A stretch of DNA of 63,503 bases, the filler included, from Folioceros fuciformis (lineage: Eukaryota): NCBI GenBank assembly GCA_049999805.1. It is 7 parts of 7 records of this genome, joined end to end, with 100 filler letters (N's around TTAATTAATTAA, not from the genome) between each part and the next. Parts side by side here need not be neighbours in the genome. Positions count along the whole stretch, not along the records: positions 30,133 to 54,231 come from JBNGIO010003635.1; positions 54,332 to 58,259 come from JBNGIO010003636.1; positions 58,360 to 62,012 come from JBNGIO010003637.1; positions 62,113 to 63,503 come from JBNGIO010003671.1; 3 more parts are not named here. One strand, written 5' to 3'. Numbering within the stretch: the first letter of the stretch is position 1; every line of letters starts with the position of its first letter. Positions 51,936 to 63,503 of the stretch are shown here, piece by piece. The notes below the pieces were generated by a model. It made no database searches, was not told the origin of the DNA, and was given only the letters and a program-made list of their open reading frames with translations. Made by a program: the position numbers and the translations under genes.

Positions 51936-52584
51936 CGGCCGTAAGCATTATAAATGGCTGCCGGAAGGCACATTAACCTGATGATCTCCTACACTTAGCA
52001 GCGTCAGATCAATCCATTACGGACGCCTTCCTCTTCAGTTTCACAGCCTCGACAGCTCTGCCATCCTGCTCAAGAAATTGCAATCACCTCGCTAGTTGGA
52101 CCCTTGCTGCATTGCATGATGAGGTTAGGAGCTGCAACATGTGGCTCCATAGAGCTCCCCTAGTTGAACTAAGACCAAGGTCGCAAGTGCTCTCCACTGA
52201 GCAATCCACTGGTGTTAAGGATTATGATCCACAGATTGACATGCGGCCTATGAAACATGGATTGCCAAGTACGATGGACTATTGACAATTGCCCAATCGG
52301 TGAGCCTTGCGGAGTCCTCGGCCAGCTCGTGCTACCGGAGGACGACATGCACATGAGGTGAGGTCATCAAGCAGCCTACATAAATTACTTCGTAAATTAA
52401 AAAACAAAATACATATATGCACGACTAGATGGTTGCATTTGTGCTTAAATTCAAAGACTTGTGGTAAGTTGGTAGTGGATGAATCTACCTTAAAAAAATG
52501 AGGAAGGACTGTATAGTGCTGAAGTACAAAAAGGGAAACTAGTCCCTTCCAATATCACTCCCATAACTACAACTAAAATGCTAT

Positions 52585-53930
52585 ACTAATGGCCAATCCT
52601 CCCTCAGTTGTAATCAACACCACAAAGGTAGAATTCTGTGATAGAGATCACTTCACGGGAAGCTCCTTTGATATCTAGAAGATGCGAGTCATGGCACTCC
52701 TTGAAGAGCACAACTTGATGTTAATCATAAGGAGCAGCCTACCCCAACCGTATAACGCATTCACACCACCTGCTACACCTTACCAAATAGTATCATGGTC
52801 TAAGAAGGACTAGAGAGCACTTAGCATATTAATGTCAACCATTGATACGACTTTGCTCCATCACACCTAAGGTCAAAGGACTACTTACGGTATCTAGAGG
52901 GTCTTCAAGAAAATGTTTTAAGCACAAAGCTCCATGTGGTTAATCAATGCAACTATGCAATTCTATTCACTGACGATAAAGGACAACGAAAGTGTTAAAC
53001 AACATATTAACAATTTTCGGTCCTCATGGGCCAGCGTTGCCTTAAGCAGGAGCATCACCAATCTCCAAGCTGCCATTGCATTCCTAACATCTTTGCTTAC
53101 TTCATACAGAACATTTGTTAGCTCATATAATTTGGTATTATGATAGGCCATCCAAGCAACATCAACAAGCACAACACTAGCTTACACTTAAGCAGAAGTT
53201 GACCGATGCATTGCTCGAGGAAGAATGAAGTCAAGCCGAGAGTGCAGGATCCAATGCTCAGCCCAACCAGGCACTCGCCCTTGGCCAAGGAAGAGGTGGA
53301 GCATGTAGTGGTCTCTCACCTAAGAGAATCACGAGTTCACAAGGACAATCCATGCTCAACTAGGGAAACCGTTAGTTTTCCTTGAAAAACAAAAAGTTGG
53401 AAAGAAGGCCCTCAAAAGGAAACTACAAATGATGCAAAATCCTCACGCATTACAAACGTAAGTGTAGAAAAAAGATGGTAGGTAAACCTAGGCAGGAAGC
53501 ACTCAAGAGTGAATCTCACTAGTAACCAATTCCTCAAAAGCTTTAACAGCCAACTTAATCCTTGTAGTCTGTCTCACCCTCACAAGAGCGGAAACTAGCC
53601 ACTAGCTTCTAGACTCTGGAGCTAGGAGATACATTTGCAAACGTAAGGAGATGTTCCCTTCTTACCACGATGTTTTGTAAGACCAGCATGTCCTCCTAGG
53701 AGAAAACGATGCACTCTCCGTAGAGGGATTGAGCAAGATTTAACTATGCTTATCAATAGGAAAGCTCTTTACCATCAATGGAGTCTTGGATGCTCTTACC
53801 ATGACCAAAAACCTTACCTTAGATTATATGTTGGCCACCAAACATAACCTAGACATCACCTTCACGGTGCCCATTGCATCATCTCCCTTTCCGAGGACTC
53901 TAACTAAATAGCACTAGCCCATGGTTAGTT
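52585..53930 (+). mobile_element. Degenerate copia gag/protease remnant
   Basis: VEFCDRDHFTG, ALLEEHNL, FLTSLLTSYRTFV, LLDSGARRYIC and MTKNL; same gag type as 42741; many stops. Confidence 0.7.
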
Positions 53931-54132
53931 AGAAGAAAAAGCAGACCACGTTGGTTAGTCTAACTAGGCCTTAGCTTTAATGTAGTTAGTTAACTAGCAA
54001 GCTAGCGAAAGGACACAACTCTTCGTAACCCTTTAAAAAGCCCACCTATGAACCTAAACCTTAGTTGATTCTTTATCCTTCTTAGTAAAGCACCTGCTTG
54101 ATGCAAGACGCTTGAGCATGGCATTTCTAACT

Positions 54133-54144
54133 TGGTATCAGAGC
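54133..54144 (+). other. Primer binding site (tRNA-iMet) of an LTR retrotransposon; LTR probably just upstream
   Basis: TGGTATCAGAGC, the canonical plant tRNA-Met PBS. Confidence 0.7.
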
Positions 54145-54740
54145 AATGATCCTCCATGGACATGCTAGCTATTTCTTCCTTGTTTCTGGTAGTAGAGAGA
54201 AAAGGAAATAGCATATTAAATTAGATTTGTGNNNNNNNNNNNNNNNNNNNNNNNNNNNNNNNNNNNNNNNNNNNNTTAATTAATTAANNNNNNNNNNNNN
54301 NNNNNNNNNNNNNNNNNNNNNNNNNNNNNNNCCTCTTGTCCGCGTGAGCACATCCAAGGCCTATCCCGCACATACAGGAGAAACTTCATGACTTTTTCGA
54401 TGATCTCAGCGAGGCCATCCGGCAAGTTCATGTCACTTGGCTGACACACAAGGCGATCGAATCCGGTAGGATGAAGAAGAAATTGCCGCTGCACCAGATT
54501 TCGCGTTGCCTCATCTAACTGCTTGTTTGCAGGAATGCAACCTAACTTAGATGAAGACAACGAGGACTTGATCTTAGCGCCGCTAGGATTGTGACTCCTT
54601 CTCGCCAGCCCCTACCACTTGAGGCTGTTTAGGCTACTTCGAAAGAGGAGCCGCAAGTCTTATCTCCAGGGCGAGAACAGCGAAGACCTAATCCACCGAT
54701 AGATGATTACATCCAACCTGGAGTTTCGGCTTTCTCTAGA

Positions 54741-55199
54741 TTGATTGGAACCCCAGGCTCGTCATCAGCAGGTCTTCACAGCAGCTTTTCACAAGGACTG
54801 CAAGGTGGTGCAACCTCGACAACAGTGACGACAGCGATCGCTTCTCAGCAACAACAATTGGGAGCGATTCCTGGACAAGGAACATGCAACCCTATTCCAA
54901 ATCCAATGGTGAATCTTCCCACTCTGGCTCAACCTGTTGCACCACTTCCTGGTTCCTTGAAGATCGATTTCAAGGACCGTGACCGATTTAATGGCACATA
55001 TTATTCAGTATTGGCTATGAGGCTTAAACAAATTCAGGAGGAGAATGAGTTGATGGGAGTTGTCGATGGTTCTGAGCAATCACCAGCGCCAACCCCACTG
55101 AATGCTGACGTTGTCCTAGCTTGGAAGTGGAAGGACAGATGTGCACGTTCAATCATCATTGCTTCGCTGGATAGGAGGATGATGTCTCACACGATTTGA
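54741..55199 (+). mobile_element. Copia gag N-terminal fragment
   Basis: KIDFKDRDRFNGTYYSVLAMRLKQIQEENELMGVVDGSEQ...WKWKDRCARSIIIASL, copia gag N-terminus (DUF4219/UBN2-like); truncated. Confidence 0.75.
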
Positions 55200-55374
55200 G
55201 GTAGTGTGGAAACCTAAATGTATTTGTCTAGTGAAATATGCATCATAGTACTTGGAAAAATGACAACATGTACCTGACCAAGTGGAGAGATTGTAGTGAC
55301 CAAAGTCGTAGCACACTGACACTACTGGACTGACCAATGCGTAATATTCCCATACTATGCAATAGGAGCAGGTA

Positions 55375-55932
55375 AGTGGCCACTCTCATGGACACTATGC
55401 CAAGCAACCAAGTCAATAGCCAAGCATCATGGCCCAGTGGTCACTAATGTGACCACTATGCCAAGCACGGTCTACAACCAAGCATCACAGTGGTCACGAA
55501 TGTGACCACTGTGCCAAGCAGGTCTACAACCAAGCATCGTAGTAGCCACCAATGTGACTATGTGACAAGCAAGATCTACAACCAAGCATCCCAGTGGCCA
55601 CCAAAGTGCCCACTGTGCCAAGCAAAGTCAACAGCCAAGCATCACAATGGTCACCAATGTGACCATTGTGCCGAGCAAGGTCACGAACGTGACCAATGTG
55701 CCAAGCAAGGTCACGAATGTGACCACTCTGCCAAGCAAGGTCACGNNNNNNNNNNCTGCCAAGCAAGGTCACGAATGTGACCACTCTGCCAAGCAAGGTC
55801 ACGAATGTGACCACTCTGCCAAGCAAGGTCACCAATGTGACCACTGTGCTCAGCAAGGTCAATAGCCCAGCATGAAAGTGGTCACCAATGGGACCATTGT
55901 GCCAAGCAGCAAGGTCAACAGCCAAGCATCAC
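55375..55932. repeat. Minisatellite with ~52-53 bp units collapsing to 30 bp units
   Basis: The core GGTCAC-N4-GTGACC..GCCAAGCA recurs at 55438, 55491, 55543, 55595 and 55648, then every 30 bp from 55678. It spans a gap. Confidence 0.9.
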
Positions 55933-56562
55933 AATCAAAACCAATGACACCGGAGTGCCATACAATGGATACTCAGCACTTCCCCTACAAGGAATACACA
56001 AGCTATCAGTGCAGCAAGCTTGTTGTCCCTATCATACTAGCTAAATTAATATTGGTAACCCTTCAGTACTAGTAGTTGCCAAAAATGGGACAAAATGTCC
56101 TCCTTGCAATCTGCTCTGTATGCTGAAGTGGCATGTAGAAATTGTTGCCCAAGCTCACGAGCAACCCGCTGCTTAACCCTGGCAGAACACTGACGCAACC
56201 CATCCTGTGCAATTACAGCACGTTCCTCCGCTCTCCACCTCCGCACATGTTCTATGGACGTGCATTTTACATGATGGCCATCACCAACAACACATTATCC
56301 ATCCCCACTAGCATCAATAGCATGAAGACCTACCACCCCTTCACTGTTGTCCAAATAAATTGTGGGAATTGTTGCAGCTGGAGGACATGGCTGGTGCTAA
56401 ACTTGCCTTTCCCTTGATCGCCACTTCTGTTGAGCCCATACCCGCCGCTGGCTTCCAGGGGATCGAGTCATTCCACAAATCAGTATGGGCTATGCAATGG
56501 TAGAAGCTATCATAGAGGCCGCCCTTGGCATATGAAACTTGGAAAAAAACAAGAGAACACGT

Positions 56563-56722
56563 CCATGAGAATCAAGTGCATAAGTTGGAAAGCCTCAAAC
56601 CTAAACACATGTCCACCTCCATGAGAATCAAGTGCATAAGTTAGCAAGCCTCAAACCTAAACACATGTCCACCTCCATGAGAATCAGGTACAAAAGTTGG
56701 CAAGCCAGCTCCCTAAACACAC
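56563..56722. repeat. 56-bp tandem repeat, ~3 copies
   Basis: ccatgagaatca recurs with 56-bp spacing (atga at 56565, 56621, 56677). Confidence 0.85.
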
Positions 56723-58359
56723 TACGCCTCTGTGAGCAAACAACCCTAATACCGAGACCCAAAACACATCTACAGTTGTCATTCAAAATAAGGTGTGGAC
56801 GGAAATCTAATACATTCGTGTCCTGTCATATCATTCATGCTGTGATTGCATCGTAAAGAGTTTCTATTGTCTTCCTTTTGCCACGTACAAAAACCCGCGC
56901 AAACCAAGTACAATGGCGAGAATGGCCATTTACTATTTGGATTTAATGCAAGACCCTATTTTGTGGATAGACTCGAACCATTTTAGACAGCGTTCCCAAA
57001 GGACGATAGGCCGTCGAACTTTCAAATAGTCTTTTGACGGAGGTGCCTTAGTTGTAGTAGGAGTAGAGGGAGAAGAATGGGAAGAGGTCTAAAGAGGAGT
57101 GGTCAACGGTTGGAATCGAGATTGCAATCAATAGCTTATTCAATAGAATCGGCTTCCAGCCGAAGTGCTCCCTCGGCCATCGAAAACTAATTCCAGGGTG
57201 CTGAGACGGTTCTCGGATTGTCAAGGGAATGAAGCAGGTAAGAAAAACCAGAGTCAGAGTTTTTGGAATTAAATCCAGGAAAATAGGAAAGAAAATAGAA
57301 AAGGGAGAAAAGGAAAAGAGAAATTAAGGGGAAAAAGAAAAAAAAATCTAGTATACAAAAACACAGATACTACATATACGGAAAATGTGAAAACAAGAGA
57401 TGGGAGGGACAAGAGCTGAGGGATCGGGGGCCAACCGGGCAGATCCAACAGCTAGGAGGGAATGCAAGGTAGCGTGCTCACGGGGGAGGCTGGTAGGGCG
57501 GACCATGATCCAGCAGCACGGGCTACAGATCACGCCTGCATGGACAAAATTGGGACAAGGTGGGCTGGTTGGCTAGAAAACCCAGGATGGAGGGGTACTA
57601 TAGGACGGGATTGGATCAGGCATCGAGAGCTGGACATGGCTGGAAATCGGCTGTGGAATGCGGGTTTTTGGCAAGTACCCGTAATAGGTAGGGAGCGGCT
57701 AATAACAGTTTTTGGTTTTGTTTGGTCTTGGTTTGGTAGGTTAGATGAGTGGCGATAATAAGGGGTAGTATTATAAAGAAGTTACCTTCTTTTGGATGGC
57801 TACCTATAGGGAGGTATGCCCACGTAGGGAGGATATCTCTGTGGGAGGTAGTACCTAAATAAGAAATATAATTGTGAAGGGCAAGCTACCTACAGAAAAG
57901 GGGACACCTGTGTAGGGTATCTATTAAGGGCAATTACTACATATAGAAGTATACCTACGACAAGAGGGCATTTAAAGGGGTCCCTACCTAAGGTGTCCCA
58001 TCAACGAAGGGTGCTCACCTCCACGTAGGGAACTACATCTACCTACATAGCGGGGAATAAGGAAGTAGTTGTGCGACAAGACGCCTACGCCGGGGACCTA
58101 CTTGTTGTGACCAAGTGGACTCAAAGAGAGAGAAAGGGCTTTGCTGTGGTGAGAGCCATAGGGAGGAACAGTGTAGGGGACGTGAAATCAACTGCACAGA
58201 AGCTGGGAGCAGTTGCCTACGGAGGTAGGGGTATAGCCTTGCGTAAAGGAGGGCAATCGNNNNNNNNNNNNNNNNNNNNNNNNNNNNNNNNNNNNNNNNN
58301 NNNTTAATTAATTAANNNNNNNNNNNNNNNNNNNNNNNNNNNNNNNNNNNNNNNNNNNN

Positions 58360-59460
58360 GTCAGCACATGTTCTTCCACTGCAGCTTTGCCCAGGAGATA
58401 TGGAGTAAGGTGGGCAGGTGGTTGCATAGAATTCTTCCCAGCACCAACCTCAGGATCACGAAACAAACTGCCCTCTTTGGGTTGGATGCAACATCGGGCA
58501 AAGCTCTACTTCCGTCACAATGCTGGGGGTTATTGTGGTCTTCTTATCTTTTCCACCTTTGGGTCAACTGGTCTTCTGTGGTATATGGAGGTTCGGTGTC
58601 AGCCTCATCTAAAGCTCTGCTATGGCGCATCTAGGAGCACCTATTGATTGCAGCAAAAGGTATGAGGCAGTCCTATTGGAAACGATTCAAGCAGAAGGAG
58701 TGGAAGTCGGCGGGTTTCCTAGTTCCTGGGAATGAAGAACATTGGAATCACACCTACCCTTGGGGTAGGTGAACGCCCACGGTCTTTGGGAAAGTTGAGG
58801 TTTAAAACTAAATGGATTTAGAAGGTGAATGGTCTTAGCAGTCTGCTAGAGTCAAGGTGATGAGGAGTGTTTTCTACATCCTGTCCTATGGTCTAGGCAC
58901 GAGGTCGGTTTTTCCTCCTGGTCATGGTACTCATGCTTTGTANNNNNNNNNNNNNNNNNNNNNNNNNNNNNNNNNNNNNNNNNNNNNNNNNNNNNNNNNN
59001 NNNNNNNNNNNNNNNNNNNNNNNNNNNNNNNNNNNNNNNNNNCATCTAAGGCTCTGCTATGGTGCATCTGGGAGCACTTATTGATTGCAGCATAAGGTCT
59101 GAGGCAATCGCATTGGAAACGATTCAAGCGGAGGGAGTGGAAGTCGGCGGGTTTCCTAGTTCCTAATAATGAAGAACATTGAAATCACGTCTACCCTTGG
59201 GGTAGGTTAGTTCCCATGGTCTTCGGGTAAAGTTGAGGTTTAAAGCTAAATGGATTTGGTATGGTAGGTGAATGGTCTCAGCAGTCTGCTAGGGTCAGGG
59301 TGATGAGGAGTGTTTTCGGCGTCCTGTCCTATGGTCTGGGCACGAGGTCGGTTTTTCCTCCTGGTCATGGTACTCATGCTTTGTAAATACGTGAGCAGAG
59401 TCCCCTTAGTATTGTAAGAGGATGATCATATTAATCAAAATTATTTTCTTCGCGAAAAAT
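58360..59460 (+). mobile_element. LINE (L1-type) 3' end, present as two diverged tandem copies (58360-58942, 59043-59460)
   Basis: HMFFHCSFAQEIWSKV..WL and LWSSYLFHLW match the zf-RVT C-terminus of plant L1 ORF2. The second copy repeats the sequence from ~58606 and ends in an A-rich tail (attaatcaaaa...gcgaaaaa). Confidence 0.75.
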
Positions 59461-59719
59461 AACACCCATGCTTGTCTATAATACTTTAGATATACACAAC
59501 TACACAAGAATTTTCAACAAGAAGCCTTAGCTCGCACCTTCTAGGCTATATGTCCTTAACCATCAACTTACATCGAAGAAGGAGCTGACATCAAGGAAGG
59601 AATAAGTAATATATTTTGAAGAGTCAACAATACCTCTTAAAGGCTATCTTCAATTGTAAGGGAAGAGTGATAATGAAAATTCTTCCTAGCCTTCTAAGTG
59701 AAACGTGTCCTTACCTAAG

Positions 59720-59870
59720 GGTTGCAAAATAATTCTTCTTTTAGCAACTACACTCGAGAATTGGCACCAAAGAGAACAATAGTTGACGAAAAAGGTTGCA
59801 AAATAATTCTTCTTTTAGCATCTACACTTGAGAATTGGCACCAAAGAGAACAATAGTTGATGAAAAAGGT
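59720..59870. repeat. 74-bp tandem duplication
   Basis: ggttgcaaaataattcttcttttagca... occurs at 59720 and 59794. Confidence 0.85.
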
Positions 59871-62112
59871 GCATCCTAGAAGGAGATATCTAGGTGAGTT
59901 AAGGCGAAATGTTAGTATCCCGACATTGCAAAGAACCTTGTATTTATCTGTTATCATACTATTGTTAGTTGTTAATGAAATAAGGACGAGAGAATCATTG
60001 TGAAGAGAGTTTGGAGCAATCGATATAAGGAGCTAGCATCCTTAAGCCTTTGAAGGAGGATGTATCACTAGCTTTGATCAAACCACCATAGCAAATGAGA
60101 AGGTGTGAACAAATATACTAATATGCATGAAGGTTGACTCGAGACAATATGAAAACTTCTTACCATTTAAAGAATGGCAACCAAGGCTCAACTACACAAA
60201 GCTTTTGGTGAAGGCCGAAATCAATTTAGACATTACTAGGGAAAAGAATGAGAGTATAAGTTTCAACAAAACCATGGGAGAGCCTCTACAAAAGATTAAA
60301 TGAAGTTTGGAGCTTTGTGGCCTCTAAAGGAAATATGTCACCTATGGGCTATGTAGGAATGTGGCAAAACCATAGCAAAGAATTTGTCATACCTCCAAGA
60401 AGAGAAGCTAGGGGCACAGTAAATGAAGTCAATGATAAGTGGTTCGAAGGAGTTGAAGAGGGCTGCCTTTGAGGACAATAAAGAGTTCCAAACTGATTTA
60501 AACATACAGGTACTAGTACTATTCATAAATGTCTAGCCCAAATTTAAAGCATGTTATTGGCCACACACACCTTACACCTAAATTTGCATTGCAGGATATA
60601 ACAAGGATGCAAACTATTGAAAAGACCAAGAGACAATAGAGAAGGCCCTCAACAAAGATGAATGATGCTTAGAGGTTGTTAGTGCGTGTCAAAGAACATT
60701 AGGCATGAGGGTGGAGGGTTTGTGGGCCTTCTCATAAGTAGGATTAAAAGACTTGGGGGCTTGCGATGAAAGTGCATGAGGGCCCTTACAACATTCTCAA
60801 AGGTCCCAAGGCCCTCTAGAGTCTTAAAAGAGATGGATAATGTATAGATTAAAGTTTGGTAGTCTTTATAGAAAAGTTGGGCAGGAGCTGCCCTCCCAAT
60901 GTGGTATCCTCTCAATGTGGTATCTCGCCGATACAAAATGCTTGAATAATAAAAATTCAAATATTAATTTTAAATCAAATAATTTTTGGACATGGCATGG
61001 AACCCAATGATGGGGAAGGGACACAAGAACAAAATGACCTAACCGCACTAAAAAACAGTTATGTGTATTGTATCGTACAATACCAAATGAACTCCAAAGG
61101 AAAGAAGGCGTCTGTGTCCGTCCGCCCAAGGCACAACGACTCACGAACTTTGGGGACCAAGGGATATCTCGTCCACACATGTTGCCATAGATCGGCATCA
61201 GAATATTAGAAGCTAGGGTATTGGGAAGTGCAACTGCAGCGTGGCAGGACCAGCACTTTCATGATTGCCCGTACGTGAGGCTATGAAATCGGGAGCATGT
61301 AAGTAGATTATGGGCTACAAAGATTTGAAGTAGTCTAGAGCATGAAGCTGTTTTGTGGAGTAGGGTTAATCGGACAAAGGACGACATCTGTGGATGTTTG
61401 CTTATGGCTATCCTGTGACGTGAAGAATGACGTGGTATGTGCAGTGTGCGGACTACACCGTGATGATTCGATGCAGTGGCGGCTCATTTCGGGACGCCTC
61501 GACCTACGTGCACAGCGCTCGCTGCACATGCCTGCCTCACTGGGTGGGGCACACCCACACGCGGAACGATCTGTCAGTACATATGTTGTACATCCACATG
61601 TGCATACATTGACGGAATCTTGATCTGATAATAGACAGCCTGAGCAGCTGTAATCACCCAACAACAACAACAGCACCCAACAGCACCCCGTGCACGTCTG
61701 GATCGAATTTGTGTGTATGTATGTATGGATGGATGTGTGGTACAGAGACTGCACACCAAAAACACTGGATGACGTGATTTGACCAAGTAAGGAGAGCAGG
61801 AGATAGGCCTGGCTCTGTGCCTGAGCGTGATGAAAGAGAATTTCAGGGGGAGGCATCGGAGTTAGGAGGGTAGGGTTTGTTTGCACTTCGGTGGTCGGGA
61901 GCACGGGTTGCGCAAGTGGCAACAGAAGCGGACAGGAAAGATCAGGGGAGGTGGTGAGAGAGCCAGGAAGACATCAGCAGAGGTGATGAGGATGGTAGGA
62001 AGAGAGTAGGAGNNNNNNNNNNNNNNNNNNNNNNNNNNNNNNNNNNNNNNNNNNNNTTAATTAATTAANNNNNNNNNNNNNNNNNNNNNNNNNNNNNNNN
62101 NNNNNNNNNNNN

Positions 62113-62927
62113 CAAATACCACAAAATATCGTGAGCCTCCCCAGGATGAAGAAGACATACGGCCACAAATATCCGTGTGGATTAGGTCCAGAGGTTCTGT
62201 AACGTTGCGAGGTTTACCACTTCCAAAGTGGGATTTAAACTGCTTGCCATGGATACAAGCTACACACAACTCTAGATCAGGTAACTCCGATTCCACAATT
62301 CCAGCTACCATCGTCTCTTTGAGAAGACGTCTCATAGCCTGTATATTAGGGTGACCCAGCNNNNNNNNNNNNNNNNNNNNNNNNNNNNNNNNNNNNNNNN
62401 NNNNNNNNNNNNNNNNNNNNNNNNNNNNNNNNNNNNNNNNNNNNNNNNNNNNNNNNNNNNGCCTGTATATTAGGGTGACCCAGCCTGCAATGCCATAGGT
62501 GGCTGTACTAACAAGAGCCTTTGCATCAGCAACATGGGCTGCTGGAGAGGGAACATCAATGAAGAAATCCAGCAAATAGAGGTCATCCAAGGGGCGACCA
62601 CAAGCTAGGACTGTGGATGGAGATTGTGAGAGAGAAATGGTACACTCTATGCCCTCAAATGTGATTCTGTACAACCCTGTTTTTCCCAAGGCCATTGTAC
62701 TAACTAAATTCTTAGTAAGGAGAGGAACATGAAGAGTATTTTCTAACTCAAAAGGTGTACCATTCTGCAGAGTAACACGGACTGTTCCAAACCCTATAAT
62801 CGGCAAGGCTGAGTTATCACCTAGGACAACGGCATGGTCATGACCAGGTGGAGTTGGATCGTAGGAAATGAAGGCCTTCCTCATAGAACACATGTGATTA
62901 GATGCACCACTGTCAAGAAACCAGTTT
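62113..62927 (-). mobile_element. Copia pol fragment: protease, GAG-pre-integrase, integrase start
   Basis: WFLDSGASNHM, LHVPLLTKNLVS, LGHPN, C..CIHGKQ and PLDLIHTDICG..GGSRYFVVF. Confidence 0.9.
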
Positions 62928-62969
62928 CTGGTTTCTTGAGCAGTTCGCACAAGTTCAGACACTCATGCC

Positions 62970-63503
62970 CATGAGTGTCTGAACTTGTGCGAATTGCTCC
63001 GTAGAGAGTCCCTTGGTAAGAACATCTATAGGGTTTTGACTAGTGTCAACTTTGACAAGCTGTACCCTCTTGTCTTCCAACACCTCTTGAATGAAGTGAT
63101 ACTTCATCTCCACATGTTTGGTCTTCGTATGAAACACTAGATTCTTTGCCAATTGGATAGCACTCTGGCTATCACAATGCAACATTGGCAGCTCAACCTT
63201 CATCCCCAAATCTCCCACTAAACGAGCAAGCCACATGGCTTCCTTGCACGCCTCAATCGCTGCAACATACTCGGCCTTTGTGGTAGATAGCGTTATGCAC
63301 GATTGCAAACGAGATCGCCATGAGACTACCCCTCTAGTGCACATGAAGACATAACTTGATGTGGACCTCCTTTTGTCCATATCCCCTGCATAATCAGCAT
63401 CCGTATATCCCACGATAAATGCATCTTCACTACCAAAACATAAGCACAAAGCTTTCGTACCATTTAAGTACCTCATAACTCATTTCACTGCCTCCCAATG
63501 CTT
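62970..63503 (-). mobile_element. Copia RT end / RNase H fragment
   Basis: KHWEAVKCVMRYLNGT..VGYTDADYAGDMDKRRSTS..LSTTKAEYVA..CDSQSAIQLAKN..KTKHVEMKYHFI. Confidence 0.92.

Noticed and set aside
55375..55932. CRISPR-like palindromic 30-bp repeats
   Set aside because: No unique spacers, no cas genes, and a eukaryotic context; it is a tandem minisatellite.
61335..61922. 195-aa minus-strand ORF
   Set aside because: Runs through microsatellites and low-complexity sequence; no family signal or splice support.
62057..63476. A novel retroelement with RT-RH-PR-INT domain order
   Set aside because: Both parts are ordinary copia sequence and the join is a palindromic rearrangement scar.

Overview
Gene-dense land-plant scaffold with short introns (mostly ~80-240 nt) and ~50% GC in genes. 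A bryophyte or lycophyte such as a hornwort is my guess, not established. N-gaps carrying a TTAATTAATTAA linker break it up. Positions 1-42 kb are mostly host genes: two ASR (ABA/WDS) genes, a PPR remnant, three secreted Root_cap-family genes, a probable plastid membrane protein, a PH-domain oxysterol-binding-protein-related gene, an AHL (AT-hook/PPC) gene, a DUF789 gene, an unrecognised two-exon repeat protein, ORC3, a secreted alpha-carbonic anhydrase and an atypical SDR. Positions 42.7-63.5 kb hold decayed transposons: Ty1/copia elements, a ~4.1-kb TG...CA element nested in a copia RT, LINE 3' ends and minisatellites. I found no clearly new multi-gene system. The best leads are the orphan repeat gene, the AT-hook and U12-type intron in ORC3, the VWD-like Asp-Pro motif in the Root_cap genes, the nested non-coding element, and a double fold-back junction joining two copia fragments. 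All calls come from reading the sequence and recalling protein families; no database searches were run.
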